Below, piece by piece: positions 13,600 through 26,420 of a stretch of DNA of 64,000 nt. The stretch lies in NCBI GenBank assembly GCA_951406725.2, contig OX597822.1, positions 47,244,001-47,308,000 of the forward strand. Direction: 5' to 3'. Each line of letters opens with the position of its first letter. The first letter of the stretch is position 1. The position numbers and the translations under genes were made by a program. Source of the stretch: Octopus vulgaris. Its lineage: Eukaryota. Under the pieces are notes generated by a model, which saw nothing but the letters and a program-made list of their open reading frames with translations, did not search any database and was not told where the DNA came from.

Positions 13600-14560
13600 T
13601 TTCACAATGAAATCAAAAGAGGGGGAAGGTGTACAAAACATGATAAATCTCCAGCAAGGAGGACTTCTACGTGGGTCCAATCAAACTCTACAGATTCAGG
13701 ATTACCCTGATACCAGCAATAAGTTTCCCCTCTTAATTGCGTTTCCTGGTCTACAGACACATACTAGCTAATAATACATCTCTTAATTTAGACTGGATTT
13801 GCTATTCTCATTCAGCTTTTCACAGATTTATTGGAGTGCAGTCAGTATTTCCCTCTCCGCTTTCACCTCTTTCTACAAGTGGAACTTGAAAACTTTGATA
13901 ACGGCCTGGCCAATGGGGAAAGTATACTCAGTATTTTCAATCGCATCCGCGACACAACCTCTTAAGCCCTGACAACAACCAGCAGGAGGAAACTTGCTTG
14001 TCCAGGGCAGTGGAGCGGTATTTGCTATAGGCTCAGCTGTTAACCGAGTTCTGTTTAACAAACATCCACAAGTCAGCAATGCTCGGACACTGAACGAGCG
14101 CGCACGACATGGTTTCGTTGTTCCAGGTGGATATTAGACAGATCCGGACGGCACGTAAGCATCTGCAGAGTTTATTTTGATTGTCTCCATGCTCCGCAGC
14201 ACTGTTAGGTCTGGGATTTCTCAATATATCGTCTATAGACCGAACACTCCCCAGAACAGACAAGCTAGATGACTTTTGTCGATGCCCTGAGAACATTGTC
14301 GCTGTTGTCCACCACTTGTCCTCTACTCTATAGAATGCTGACGTGGAAGTTCCGTCAGCATCATATCTCAGTTGGCAGAGAACTAAGCGACTCAACATCC
14401 AAGATGTAAAGTCTTCGTCTTCAGTTCATTCAAAACTGCAGGTCTGTCAAAGAGACGTGCTTGATAAAGAGCGATCGCACCTGCTCCTCATCCTCTGTAA
14501 CAGCAGGTGTTTGCTCCTCCTGCGCCATCTTTTACTGATAGATTATCTCAGCTCTTATTC
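13600..14560 (-). mobile_element. Decayed 3' part of a Tx1/L1-like LINE ORF2
   Basis: Minus-strand frame ICLISTWNNETMSCALVQCPSIADLW resembles the C-terminal zinc knuckle of L1/Tx1 ORF2 (CxxC...ETxxHxxxxCP...W). There are many stops. A second copy of its 3' end lies at ~25960-26420. Confidence 0.6.
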
Positions 14561-14699
14561 ATTCTCCTCGGAAATCTCGTTGCAGTTCTTATTCACTTGG
14601 AGATCCGAATCGAACATTTGCTGATGAATGTGACAAATTGTTTTAAAATATAGTACGAGAGGTCTGTTACCTCCCTCCACTAACATATCACAACCATCC

Positions 14700-14990
14700 C
14701 ATAAGATAGCGAGTTCGATTCCCGGACCGGGCTGTGTGTTTTGTTCTTGCGTAAGACACTATTTCCCGTTGCTCCTGTTCACTCAGAATTAGAAATAAGT
14801 TGTGACATCACTGGTTCCAAACTGTATGAGCGTTTGCCTTTTTCGGGGATAACATCGGTGGCGTGGAGAGTGGAGGCTGGTATGCATGGGCGACTGCTGG
14901 TCTTCCATAAACAACCTTGCCCGGACTTGTACCTCGGAGGGGAACTTTCTAGGTGCAATTCCACTGTCATTTATGACCGAAGGGGGTCTC
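14700..14990 (+). mobile_element. SINE family D (tRNA head with a MetaSINE-like core)
   Basis: gagttcgattcccggaccgggctg...taagacactatttcccgttgctcctgttcactcag...ggcgtggagagtggaggctggtatgcatgggcgactgctgg...gaccgaagggggtct. Other copies at ~37530 and ~54807. Confidence 0.85.
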
Positions 14991-15039
14991 AATCTAATAT
15001 CATACAACTACCTGTAAGTATAGAAATATTATTGAGTGT

Positions 15040-15665
15040 CCTAGGAAACCTCAAGGCAATCATTTCCAACTCATAGGAAGAGGCTATTACTACTAGATAT
15101 TTTGAAGGAAATTCACACAATCCCTACAGAATAAATGGAACCTATGTGGAGCAGTAGAAAGTTCATACTTATGTCGACAAAATATACGTGGAGACGCATA
15201 ATAATAACTTAGCAAAAACTGTGAATTACACCTGGTCACAGAATTTCAATTACTGCAAATAAACTCTTCTCTGGTACTCCTGAATCTCCACCTTTCTTAG
15301 GAAATGTGAAAACATTATGGAACTTTGGCCTACTGACAGATCACCAGATAGTGCTTAATACATCTGACCTCATTCTCCATAACAACAATGTATTATCGAT
15401 ATAGCGGTGTCATATAACTACTATGCGGAAACGAATTGATAAGTTTAAGAATTATACCATCCTATCAGTTGAACGAAAAACAAACTAACAAGCGTTATAG
15501 CAATTAAAAAATGTGTCTATATCATCCCATTTATAGTTGGTACACCTGGAACATTTCCAGTTCTCTGAGGATATTAGTGAGATTACCTTTGAAGATGGAC
15601 ATAAGTACGTTCCAGGGAGCAGCAACTCTAGGATCTGTAAATATAATTAAGGCAGTGGATTGTTA
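15040..15665 (+). mobile_element. Decayed R4/Dong-like non-LTR element, restriction-like endonuclease region
   Basis: Across frameshifts it reads HNNNLAKTV, KTLWNFGLLTDHQIVLNTSDLIL, CIIDIAVSYN, VYIIPFIVGTPG and FQGAATLGSVNIIKAV. This matches the ordered R4/Dong motifs RHN, LWDFxIxTD..NRPD, IIDVAVP, VPIVIGALG and LQKAALLGTARILRKVL. Confidence 0.75.
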
Positions 15666-15894
15666 CAATCGTCAGAGCGTCGAAGAAAATGATTTGTGGT
15701 CCGTTTAGTTACGGCTTTTGATGTTCTCAGTTCAAGATCCTGTCTTAGACAGGTCGTGTGCTTAAATTTAAAAAGAAAAACAAACAAGTATTTAATTTAG
15801 GTCTTCTGGATAGGAATGGCCTAGAGGGTAAAGAATAACACTTGGTATTTAGTATTGATCCTCGGTAACAAAAAAGGTAATGTCACAAAATGAG

Positions 15895-16210
15895 ACAGAC
15901 AATTGGGCGTGGTTGTTTGGACGCTGACGATTTGGCACATTGGCGACAGTACTTTTTGACATTGGATGCAAACGCGCACGTGGGCCGAAATATATACATA
16001 TGAAGATGGAGAGAGTGAAAGAGGAGAGGTAGGAGAGAAAAACACGTTATAGTTTGTTAATTGAACACAGTTGACAACACTTTCCCCTTTCCTCATACGC
16101 ATAAAGAGAAATATACTCACAAACATAAACAGAGAGAGAGAGTATAAGCTGTGTAAACGAGGGCGCAGACAGCTGACAAATTGGGGCGTCGGCGACGACA
16201 GCGGTCGTAG
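15895..16210. promoter_or_regulatory. Candidate cis-regulatory motif cluster
   Basis: Non-repetitive CpG-retaining stretch with ATTGG at 15902, 15939, 15961 and 16180, GGGCGTGG at 15905-15912, E-box CACGTG at 15977-15982 and CAGCTG at 16170-16175. Motif evidence only. Confidence 0.25.
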
Positions 16211-16734
16211 TAGTAGTAGCTGTAGTAGTATTAGTAGTAGTAGAGCACTGGAGACGAAAACGATAAGGAGATATATATATAATATAGAGAGAGGAAAAAA
16301 AGTTGACATTTCATAACGTTCTCTTCCCACCACAACCACACCACTTTCATAGAACTCCTACCACCACAATAATACACCTCATACCACCACAATAATACAA
16401 CTACTACCAAACTTTCATTTCCCTTCTGCCGTCACTCCACATGACCCACCCACCGTTTGAGGAAACCTCTACGTAGACACTCGACCTGCTGGAAATAGCA
16501 ACCAACTATCTCTCAAGTCACATTGTCTTCAATAACGAAAGAACACATTGGACTATGCAGTCTTAGAAATGCAAAAAATTGGGATGATCATGGCTGGAAC
16601 GCCTTAAACAGAAACCCGTACCATCACCAATAACTCTTATTTCAGGAACCAGCAGAAGAGCCTTTTATCTATGTGCTAGAAATAGCAACCAAATTTTCCT
16701 CAAGACTCATTAGATAATGTGGTCTGTGTGTGTG

Positions 16735-16851
<117 letters not shown>

Positions 16852-17368
16852 CTCAAACTTACACAAGGTCATTTATCTCTGGTCGAGATCACAGCATTCC
16901 ACATGGATTGGGCACCGGTCCGTTGTAGAAATAAGTAGAATTACATCTGCATTTACCCTCTTTGTGAAATAGAGTCCCACGTGGGCCTTTCCAACAGCTT
17001 GGGACGAAGGTAGAACGGACCAGTTTTACTGTCGTCAACGTTCGTGACTAGAAAAAAAAAATTGGATCAGCTGGATTCTCCTGACAAAACAACAACCATA
17101 AACCACCCCCTTCTTCTGTAGCTATCTATACCTCTCGCACTCACCACCACCACCACTACCATTTTCCCGCCACCGCCACCTTCTCGACACCGCCTCACTG
17201 CACCTGCTCTGCTAGTTTTGTTGTCTTGTCTTAGTTTTCTGTCCTCAATCAAAGCAGGTGGTCTGTGAATCACCACTCCCCTCTGTCACTCTGACAAGTT
17301 ACACAATAGATCTTAGATCATCATCGCCACCACCAACCATCACCACCTCATTAGTACCTTTAGATATA

Positions 17369-17425
<57 letters not shown>

Positions 17426-17584
17426 GCTGCTGCTGCTACTGCCTACCCCCACCATTTTTATTTACGATTTTACATGAGCGTCAGGAAATAACGACCATGG
17501 TAAAATGTCTTTTTGCTATAGCCCCGGGCTGACCAGTGCATTGAAACTGTGGAAAACCGTCATACATACATACACAAACATATA

Positions 17585-17968
17585 TCGTGGCACTCCGTCG
17601 GTTACGACGGCGAGGGTCCCTGTTGATCCGATCAACGGAACAGCCTGCTCGTAAAATTAACGTGCAAGTAGCTGAGCACTCCACAGATACGTGTTCCCTT
17701 GTCACACTCCGGGGAGATTCAGCGTGACACAGTGTGTGACAAGGCTGGCCCCCTTGAAATACAAGTACAACAGAAGCAGGAAGAAAAAATGAGAGAAAGT
17801 TGTGGTGAAAGGGTACAGCAGGGTTCGTCACCATCCCTTGCCGGATCCTCATGGAGCTTTTAAGTGTTTTCGCTCAATAAACACTCACAACGCCCGGTCT
17901 GGAAATCGAAACTGTGATCCCACGACCGCTAGTCCGTTGCCCTAACCACTGGGCCATTGCGCCTCCAC
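17585..17968 (-). mobile_element. SINE family C, near full length
   Basis: Reverse complement of 57738-58097 (tggcactccgtcggttacgacg...ctaaccactgggccattgcgcctcc). Confidence 0.9.
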
Positions 17969-18882
17969 TGCAAACATACACAAACATACTTAGTTATGTG
18001 AGTGCGCACGCGCCTCTTTGTGTCTGTCACCTCACCCCTTCCCTTGACAACCAGTGTTCGTTTCTTGGAAAGTATCCCTATGACCTAGCGGTTCGGCGAA
18101 AGACCTTACGTGTTGGCGTTGGTTCGCCCGACTAAACTCTCCAAGGCGGTGACGCCTCCCACTCTGTAACGCTAGAATTTTCTTTCTCACGGTAAAATAA
18201 CTTATTTCATTATGAACTTAGTCACTTTGTCATTCAGTTATTTTTTGTCACGGAAACTTTATACGATTAAGAATAAAAATAAGTGTTCACCACCTTATAT
18301 TTCGACAATCTTGCCACCCGAATTTTAAGACAAAAATTGTTTGATAGAATAACCACTTTTTTTAAAAGGCACTGTATCTCTCGCACAATTTATTATATGA
18401 GCCCAGAATGAAAAATCCTGTTGTAGTATATAGTGTGTTCTCCTACATACAACAACGTGTGTGCGTGCGTGCGTGTGCGTTACCGTCTCCTTTCTCTTTG
18501 ATATCGTTCGGTGGTTGTAAACAAGCGTCACGATCATGCAAGTGGTGTCCTTCGTTTCCAATCTTCCCTGGAAACATGTCTGGCCTTAGGGAAATATTAC
18601 CTTGCTTGGGAACGGGTGAGGTTTGGGCGACAGGGAGGGGCCTCCCGCCGTTGAACATCCGCTTCAACGAATTCCGTCCGACCCATATGGGTGTGTTAAA
18701 GTTTAAAATGAGGCTGATGATAGGAGGAAAAGCAGTGCCTATGATCCATTACAGACCTCAGAGGCTAGGAGGGGGAGAGAGAGAGAGAGAGAGAGAGAGA
18801 GGAATATCCTCAATTTAGCGACCTACCTGAAAGCTTGCGTCTGAGTAAACTCTGCTAAATGCACTCAAGGTAGCCTGATAAT

Positions 18883-19130
18883 AGGGGCGGCACGTGGCCT
18901 AGTGGTTAGGTAGTTGCACTCACGATCGCAAGATCGCAATTTCGATTCCCGGACCAACCAGTACGTTGTGCTCTTGAGCAAGACATCTCGTTTCGCGTTG
19001 CTCCAGTCCACCCCGCTGTAAATAACCTTGCAATGAACTGGCATCCCATTCGGGTGAAATGTGCCCATGATCACTCCTACCCCATGGAAATTGGGTAACC
19101 AACCCTAATCAGTCCTAAGATTCGAGACTA
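18883..19130 (+). mobile_element. SINE family E (tRNA head with a MetaSINE-like core)
   Basis: ggcacgtggcctagtggttagg (A box), tttcgattccc (B box), ttgagcaagacat...gttgctccagtccacc. Homologous to 58145-58400. Confidence 0.8.
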
Positions 19131-19294
19131 CTTTTTTACAGTCACACCTCTGATATTTTATCGTTTAATTTTATCAAAGTTGTTCTCGGTTCGATTTGAT
19201 CGCCGCACCATACCCCATTAAATAGCACCCTAAGTCTCTTAAAGAAAAAAACGGATAAAGGGTACATAAGGGGTAAATAGTTTTAAAGTTCTTT

Positions 19295-20082
19295 TTCTTT
19301 TATCGTTTACTTTTTCCAATCGCTGGACTGTGGCCATGCTGGGGTACCACCTTGAAGGGTTTATTCGAACAAATCGCACCCAGTTTTTTAAACTTGGTAG
19401 TTACTCTATCTGGAACTTTTGAACCGCTGAGATATATAAGGACATAAACAAACCAACACCGATTGTAAAGCGGTGGTTTGGGACAGACACAAAGACAGCC
19501 GTTGCAGCCGTGATCATGCTATCATTTGTCTTCGGAAACTGTGTACTCTGGACAGTAGGACGTGGTTTGAGAGAGATGCAGCTTCTATGTCTAGCAAGTC
19601 GAGCGACTACGTAGAGGCCACGACGCAGAATCAACATACCTTTTATTTTTTTCTTGTTTTAGTCATTGGATTGCGTCCATGCTGGGGCACTTCATGGGTG
19701 GGCGGGGTGTTAGTCGAACAGATCGATTCCTGTACTTATTTACATTCTCTAACGTCTAGTACTTATTCTATTAGCTTTTTTTTTTTTGCTGAATCGCAAG
19801 TTTACGGGGACGTAAACAAACGAACACCGGTTAAGTAGTGGCAGTGGGGAAACAAACGCAGACGCAAGTACGCACATAGATACGCGCGCGCACCCACAAC
19901 CATACACGTGCTCGCAACGGGCTTCTTCAAGTTTTCGTCTACCAAGCCCTTTACAAGGCTTTGTGGTGGGCCTGGGTGCTTTAGTAGAAGACGCTTGCCC
20001 AAGATGCCACCCCCCTGGAATAGAACCCGGAACCATGTGGTTGAGAAACAAACTTTTTATCACACGGCCTCGCCCGCGCCTG
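19295..20082 (-). mobile_element. Two family A SINE copies separated by a family G fragment
   Basis: Tail motif gccatgctgggg at ~19335 and ~19680; head ends near 20082; ctatgtctagcaagtcgagcgactacgtagagg at ~19585. Confidence 0.8.
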
Positions 20083-20577
20083 TAATATGGTGGAGTGTCT
20101 GGAAATTCCCGCCACAATTTTTACTCAGCTGACTTGCGTAAACATTACTCACAAATCTCTCACCCTCTCCCTCCCTCTCTGCATGAGCATGTGTTGGACA
20201 TGTATATATATATATATATATATATATAAATGTGTGTGTGTGTATATATATAATATATATATATGCGATTTCCTGTGTGTATGCACACGCATACACATCA
20301 CTTTAATTTTCGAGTATAAAACGTGTTTTAAAATGTTGTTTTATGGTTAAAAAAAAAACAGATGTCTATGTACGTGTGTATCTCACAAAAGTGAATGTGT
20401 GTTATTGCATAAATATATATACTTGTACATGTATGTCTGTGTTATTTGATGTGTTCACAGCATGTTGATTGTTCATTGAATCTAATATTACCGTGTTTAA
20501 ACTGTTTCGTTCTCAATAAAACACACACACACACACACAACGTAAGGGATACATACGTAATATGTCTCTGTGTTGTC

Positions 20578-20851
20578 TTTTCTCTTTTACTTGTTTCAAT
20601 CACTGGACTGCGGCCATGCTGGAGTACCGCATTGATGGGTTTAGTTGAACAAATCAACCCCATTACTTGTTTTGTTAAAGTCTCATACTTATCCTATCCA
20701 TCCCTTTTGCCGAACCACTTCTTCATTACATGGACATAAACAAACCAACACTGGTTGTCAAGTGGCGTGTATGTGTGGAGACATATACACACATGCTCTC
20801 ACATTATATATATATATATATATATATATACATACATGCTCTCACATTATA

Positions 20852-20905
<54 letters not shown>

Positions 20906-21282
20906 GTTTGTCCCCCCAAAGTCGCTTGACAACCGATGCTGGTGTGTGTATGTCCCCGTAACTTAGCGGTTCGGCAAAAATGAACGATAGAATAAGTACT
21001 AGGTTTACAAATAATAAATCCTGGGGTCGATTTGCTCGACTAAAGGCGGTGCTCCAGCACTGCCGCAGTCAAATGACTGAAACAAGTAAAAGAGTATAAA
21101 CACAGACGCACTTGGCGGTCTTCTTTCAGTTTCTGTCGACCGAATCCACTCACAAGGTTTTTGGTCGACCCTGGGCTATAGTAGAAGATAAGTTACCCAA
21201 GATGCCCAAAGTTGTTCAAGATGAGTTGAAACCGGAACCATTGTGGTTGGGAAGCAAACTTCTTACCACACAGCTGCGCCTA
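20578..21282 (-). mobile_element. Family A SINE with an inverted family A 3' half (20902-21096, +) nested in its microsatellite
   Basis: Order on the + strand: minus-strand 3' half 20578-20770, (TA)n, plus-strand 3' half 20902-21096, minus-strand 5' half 21110-21282. Confidence 0.85.
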
Positions 21283-21478
21283 GTCCCAAAACAAAATACA
21301 TTGTGTGTTGATAGTGTCCCCATAAGTGAAGATGTCATTTTTTACAAAAAAATTACATATCTCTCAAAACAGTATGGGACGCACAGAAGTGTATATGTAC
21401 ATAAACACACTGTCCTGCGAAGAGAGTTCAGTTACCGAATATAATACACTTGAAAATACTGTCATGTTACGGTGTGTA

Positions 21479-21556
<78 letters not shown>

Positions 21557-21765
21557 AGTGGTCATGTGTCCGTATAAACACGCACCAGTTATTTCATTGT
21601 TAAGGCATCGTTTAAATTTGATTTACGGTAGGAAACCTGACAGGCGTATGGGAAAATTGCCCGAGTGTGTGTGTGTATATATATATATATGTGTATGTGT
21701 GTCTGTATATATTGCATAGATCTGTGTATGTATGTATGTATGTATTATATATAGATAGTTTTGTA

Positions 21766-21803
<38 letters not shown>

Positions 21804-22358
21804 TGTGTATGCTGACGTACAGTGTCCCATCCACGAATAAAACGGCGTTGAAGCACGTTTTATAGGCGGGGAAACCCGACGTACTTCCAAGGGACGAGAC
21901 AATTTGGTGTGATAACAACAAGGAATGTCTCTCATCTCAGATGGAGTATGCGAGGCATCCACGAAATGGAATGTGTGCGTGCATGCTTATGTGCACGGGA
22001 GAGGAAGGGTGTCTTGTTTCCATTGATGCAACATGACTGTACGGCTGGCCTGCTGGCCGGCGGGCAGTTGTGTGGTGATGCAGCATGTTTACATTGGTGA
22101 AGAAATATAAATTCCATCGGCATGACAAAATGCCTGTGACGCCATTCCGATGTGATTGTGTTTCCGTTAACATTAACATTAACTGGGCAGATTATATTTA
22201 TTGTCTACAACACTCCTTTTATTTCTTTCATGCTTTTTTTTTCCTTCTTTTGTTTTCTTTAATCTGTCTGTCAGCTCTATCCAGTTAAATCTCGCAGTCT
22301 ATCCGTTTATCGTTCTATCACAATCTCATCTCTCTTTTCTTTTTCTGTCTGTTTGCCT

Positions 22359-22360
22359 GC

Positions 22361-22434
<74 letters not shown>

Positions 22435-22455
22435 CTCTCTCTATCTATCTATCTA

Positions 22456-22511
<56 letters not shown>

Positions 22512-22622
22512 TCTCCATCTTTCTGTCCATCTAAATTTATATGCTGCTAAATACCTATATGTATACGACTAGAAACATTGTTTATGCATAGGTATTAAAA
22601 TTTGTGTCTAGATATGTGTATG

Positions 22623-22683
<61 letters not shown>

Positions 22684-22740
22684 TGTATGTATGTATGTAT
22701 GTATGTATGTATATATATATATATATGTATGTGTATGTAT

Positions 22741-22822
<82 letters not shown>

Positions 22823-22830
22823 GTATTTGC
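22359..22830. repeat. Compound microsatellites (CTAT)n, (CT)n, (TA)n, (TATG)n
   Basis: Directly visible; explains the YIYI/LSIY/MYVC pseudo-ORFs. Confidence 0.97.
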
Positions 22831-23682
22831 GTGTGTGAGAGAAAAATATTAATATTTATTCTTCTAGATTATGTTTCCAATATATTTTGATATTTAAACT
22901 GTGCACACATTTTTTACTTGCATCAACCGCAGGATATCAAGCATTATCATGACATTAGCATTCATATATCATCTTGAATGTATGGTAGCTATGTCCTATG
23001 TATACATATATATACATGCGTGTATCTACATGTGCACACACACACACACACACACACATACACGCGCGCATTTGTAATACGTAACTGGTGATCTATCCAT
23101 CAACTATTTACACACACACACACACAGACAAACACACACACACACATATATATATAACAGTATACACGTATGATGCAGTAAAACCATTGATTGGCTTCTT
23201 GCACTATTCTGAGCGCATTCTTCCAATAAAATTAACGTTCCTCTACGTTTGTGCGCGCGCACACATACACACTCGCGCGCGCCTTGTCCCTTTTTTTCTT
23301 TTTTCTTTATAACTTTCAAATTTGGGTGTCTCTTTTTCTTCTCTCTCAAACTTTGTTTGTGTTTGGTTTTTTTTCGTTTTTTTTTTGCAGTTTTCCATAA
23401 TCCAGCGGCCAGCTTTTTACAGTTTCTTGACGGCCCTAACCCCCAACTCCATCCATTACAACGATTTTGTGTACTTGTCAATGTCATTTGAATTTCTATT
23501 AGACCCTTTTTTTTAAAGAAATACATATGCCAGCTATACCCTTCTGTCCATTATTTCAGACCTCATATATTTAAATCTATATTATCCCATGTGTTATTCC
23601 CGTTTTAACGACATAAAATTTGTGCGATTTTCAGGAAGACATTAAACTGCTATTTCTAGCGATTTCAGTGACTTATTTACAG

Positions 23683-23962
23683 TAGTGGTTCTCAACCTTT
23701 TATATTCAGATCCTAAACGTGGGGTTTTTTAGGGGCTACACCAAAAAAATAAAAACACAAGTGAAAGAAATTTTTTTATTTATAGATCAGAGTGGGCCTG
23801 ATGCAGCCTTCTGGCTTCACAGACCCCAGTTGAACCGTCCAACCCATGCTAGCATGGAAAGCGGACGCTAAATGGTGGTGATGATGATGATGATGATGAT
23901 GAGAGAAAGACCGTCGAGGACCGGGACGTGGTGGCCCTGGGAGCCGCTGTTGAGAACCGCTG
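23683..23962. mobile_element. hAT(Charlie)-type MITE with a nested (GAT)n-tailed family F fragment (~23787-23901)
   Basis: TIRs TAGTGGTTCTCAAC / GTTGAGAACCGCTG. TSD is not convincing. Confidence 0.7.
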
Positions 23963-24921
23963 ACTTAGCCTTCCACATTGGTGTATATTTATATGTTGAT
24001 ATATGTTGTCAGTCTTGTAATAAAACTTGAGTTATGCAGCATCCCTTTAACGGTCCCTGTCTATGTGAGTCCCTTTACAAACACTCTACCCCCACCCCCC
24101 ATAAAAAAACCGGGCGCAAGTATAACACTCCCAGAGCCTTGCTACAACAGCATCATATGGCTGTCCAACCAAGTTAGTTAAAAAAAAAAGTAACTCGTAG
24201 TGGTTGTGGATGTAGTATTGATGATGATGGCGGTGATTGTGGTGATTGTGGTGGTGGTGGCAGTGATTGTGGTGATAGTGTTGATGGTGGTGATAGTTTT
24301 GATGGTGAAAGAAGCTTCCTGGGAACAATAATAGCGTAACAGTTAATCATCTTTTTGTTGTGACACACTAACAAGCATGCATCGCATGCACACACATGGA
24401 CTCGCATGTGTTCATATAAGCGAGACATAGTGACACATTCACTTCAACGCATATAATCTATAATTTACACATGCACACATTATTATAGACACATACAGTC
24501 ACGCACAATACACAACGCAACACATACACACACCCACGCACTCAGAATGACAATAAAATTTAAGTGAACAATTGTTGAAAGTTCAAATGTGTCAAAGCAT
24601 TTCAACTTTTGTCAAAATGAAATGATATATTAAAAATAAATGAATTTGTGTTCCTCTTTTCATCTGTTTGGAAGAAAAACAAAATGGATTTTTTGACTAG
24701 GACGAGTGAAAGAAGCCTGTCCTATTTACGTTGACCTCAGTGTGCAACTGGTACTTGTTTTGTCCATTCTAAACAGCGAAGTCAACTTCGATGGAATTTG
24801 AAATTAGAGTCTAAAGGTCTAAAGACTGACGAAATACTGCTAAGTATTTTACTTGACATGCTAACAGTTCTAGCAGCTCTCCACCCTCGTCTGCTTAATA
24901 ATAATAATAATAACAACAGCA

Positions 24922-25135
24922 ACAGTGAGTAAAAATCTTGAAGTACATGGAACAAATAAGGGCTGCAATAAGGGTAGAGCACTTGGAGAAAACAGCACTG
25001 CTTAGAACTGCTTGAATACTCTGGATGGTGCTCGAAAAATAAGGGGTGTTACCTTAGTTCACTGGTAGTGAACAGCTGGCACTGTAGTACATCTCCCCCC
25101 CGTTAGAAGATGTGCAAAGACAATAAAATAATAAT
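24922..25135 (+). mobile_element. 5'-truncated R4/Dong-like 3' end inside a (TAA)n tract
   Basis: Reads TVSKNL/KYMEQI/AAIRVEHLEKTALLRTA*ILWMVLEK* with the final stop at 25040-25042, followed by a short 3' UTR. It has (TAA)n upstream and a short ataataat downstream. Confidence 0.75.
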
Positions 25136-25137
25136 GA

Positions 25138-25318
25138 TCCTTTCTACTATAGGCACAAGGCCTGAAATTTTGGGGAGGGGGGTAGTTGATTACATCGACC
25201 CCAGTATTTGGCTGGATGAAAGGCAAAGTCAACTTCAGTGGAATTTGAACTCAGAGCATAGTGGCAGATAAAATACCGCCAAGCATATTGTCCAGCGATT
25301 CTGCCAGCTTGCTGCCTT
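25138..25318 (-). mobile_element. SINE family B copy
   Basis: ggatgaaaggcaaagtcaacttcagtggaatttgaactcag...ctgccagcttgctgcc. Confidence 0.85.
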
Positions 25319-25355
25319 AATAATAACGATGATGATGATAATGATAATTATAATT

Positions 25356-25712
25356 ACAAGAGCACTCAGAGAGTGCAAACCTCTGTCAAGGCAACACAAG
25401 ATGTCTTCTCAACGATTAGCCAGAGATGATTTTTAAAATGAGAATATCTGAAATAAACTCAATTGCTCTCACAAACAAGAATGCTAAAAATGAACCCGAT
25501 CACTCTCAAAAATAAAAAAAAACACAGGAAAAATAATCCAGAATCCTTGTCTGGTACCAGATCAATCCCAAAATCTATTCAGTTCATGCTGGTCACGAGT
25601 CTAAACATCCCTGGAAGTTTCATCCGAATCCATCCAGTGGTTCTTGAGATATCTTGTCTACGGACAAACACGACTGAAAACAATACCTCTGCCTTTGCTA
25701 AGGTGGAGGTAA
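25356..25712 (+). mobile_element. Non-autonomous Helentron/HINE-like element
   Basis: Starts ACAAGAGCACTCAGAGAGTGCAAACCTCTGTCAAGG and contains aagtttcatccgaatccatccagtggttcttgagatatc...cggacaaaca. It ends in the hairpin TACCTCTGCCTT-tgct-AAGGTGGAGGTA (25684-25711). No TIR/TSD pair. Family assignment is from recalled architecture. Confidence 0.7.
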
Positions 25713-25959
25713 TAATAATAATAATAATAATAATGATTATTATTATTATTGAATGCCAGACAAAATGTTTAGGGATATTTTGTGTGTCTTTATGTTCTGA
25801 GTTCAAATTCTGCTGAAATTGCTGGCCTTGTGCTAAAATTATTATTATATTTACCACAAAGACAGCTGATGAAGGAGATGTTACAGAGACGAGAAAATGA
25901 AAATGATGAAGTTTATGCAAAAATCGTTTGTGAAGAAAACAAGCAACAAATTAATAAAT

Positions 25960-26420
25960 GTCAGACATGGAATTCATAAGGCAATCCTTCTAACAGTAGG
26001 GAAGGCCAGTTAAGGAACCCTACAGATTCAGGATCACTCTGATTTCAAAGTACAAGGACTCTCTCCAAGTAATCCTACTCTGACCTACACAAATAGAGAG
26101 TAAACCTATTTATTTGTCTGGGCCATTCTTGTCACTCTCACCCAACTTCCAGCAAATTCACTGGAACAGAAGAATACCTCACCTCTCTCTCCAACCTCTT
26201 GAACCTCTCCGTCTCTCCAAGGTCTATCTGAAGAGGCTGATGACATTTTGACCAAAGTGGAAAGTCTCTCTGTCATTCGGTCCTTTTACTCTTGTCTACC
26301 AAGCAATCCCTTTTGCTATTGGCCACCAAATGGGCAAATTTACTTGCTTTTCTTGGTCAATGGAAGAAAGAGAGGTGCACATTCTCATGAATGATTACCG
26401 ATGGTTGGATTTATCCCATA
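25960..26420 (-). mobile_element. Second decayed copy of the Tx1/L1-like LINE 3' end
   Basis: ctacagattcaggatcactctgatttc (~26020) matches ctacagattcaggattaccctgatacc (~13688), with collinear similarity continuing. Confidence 0.55.

Noticed and set aside
18150-18377. Possible Tc1-like left end on the minus strand (…ggcactgta)
   Set aside because: No partner TIR and too little coding remnant to support it.
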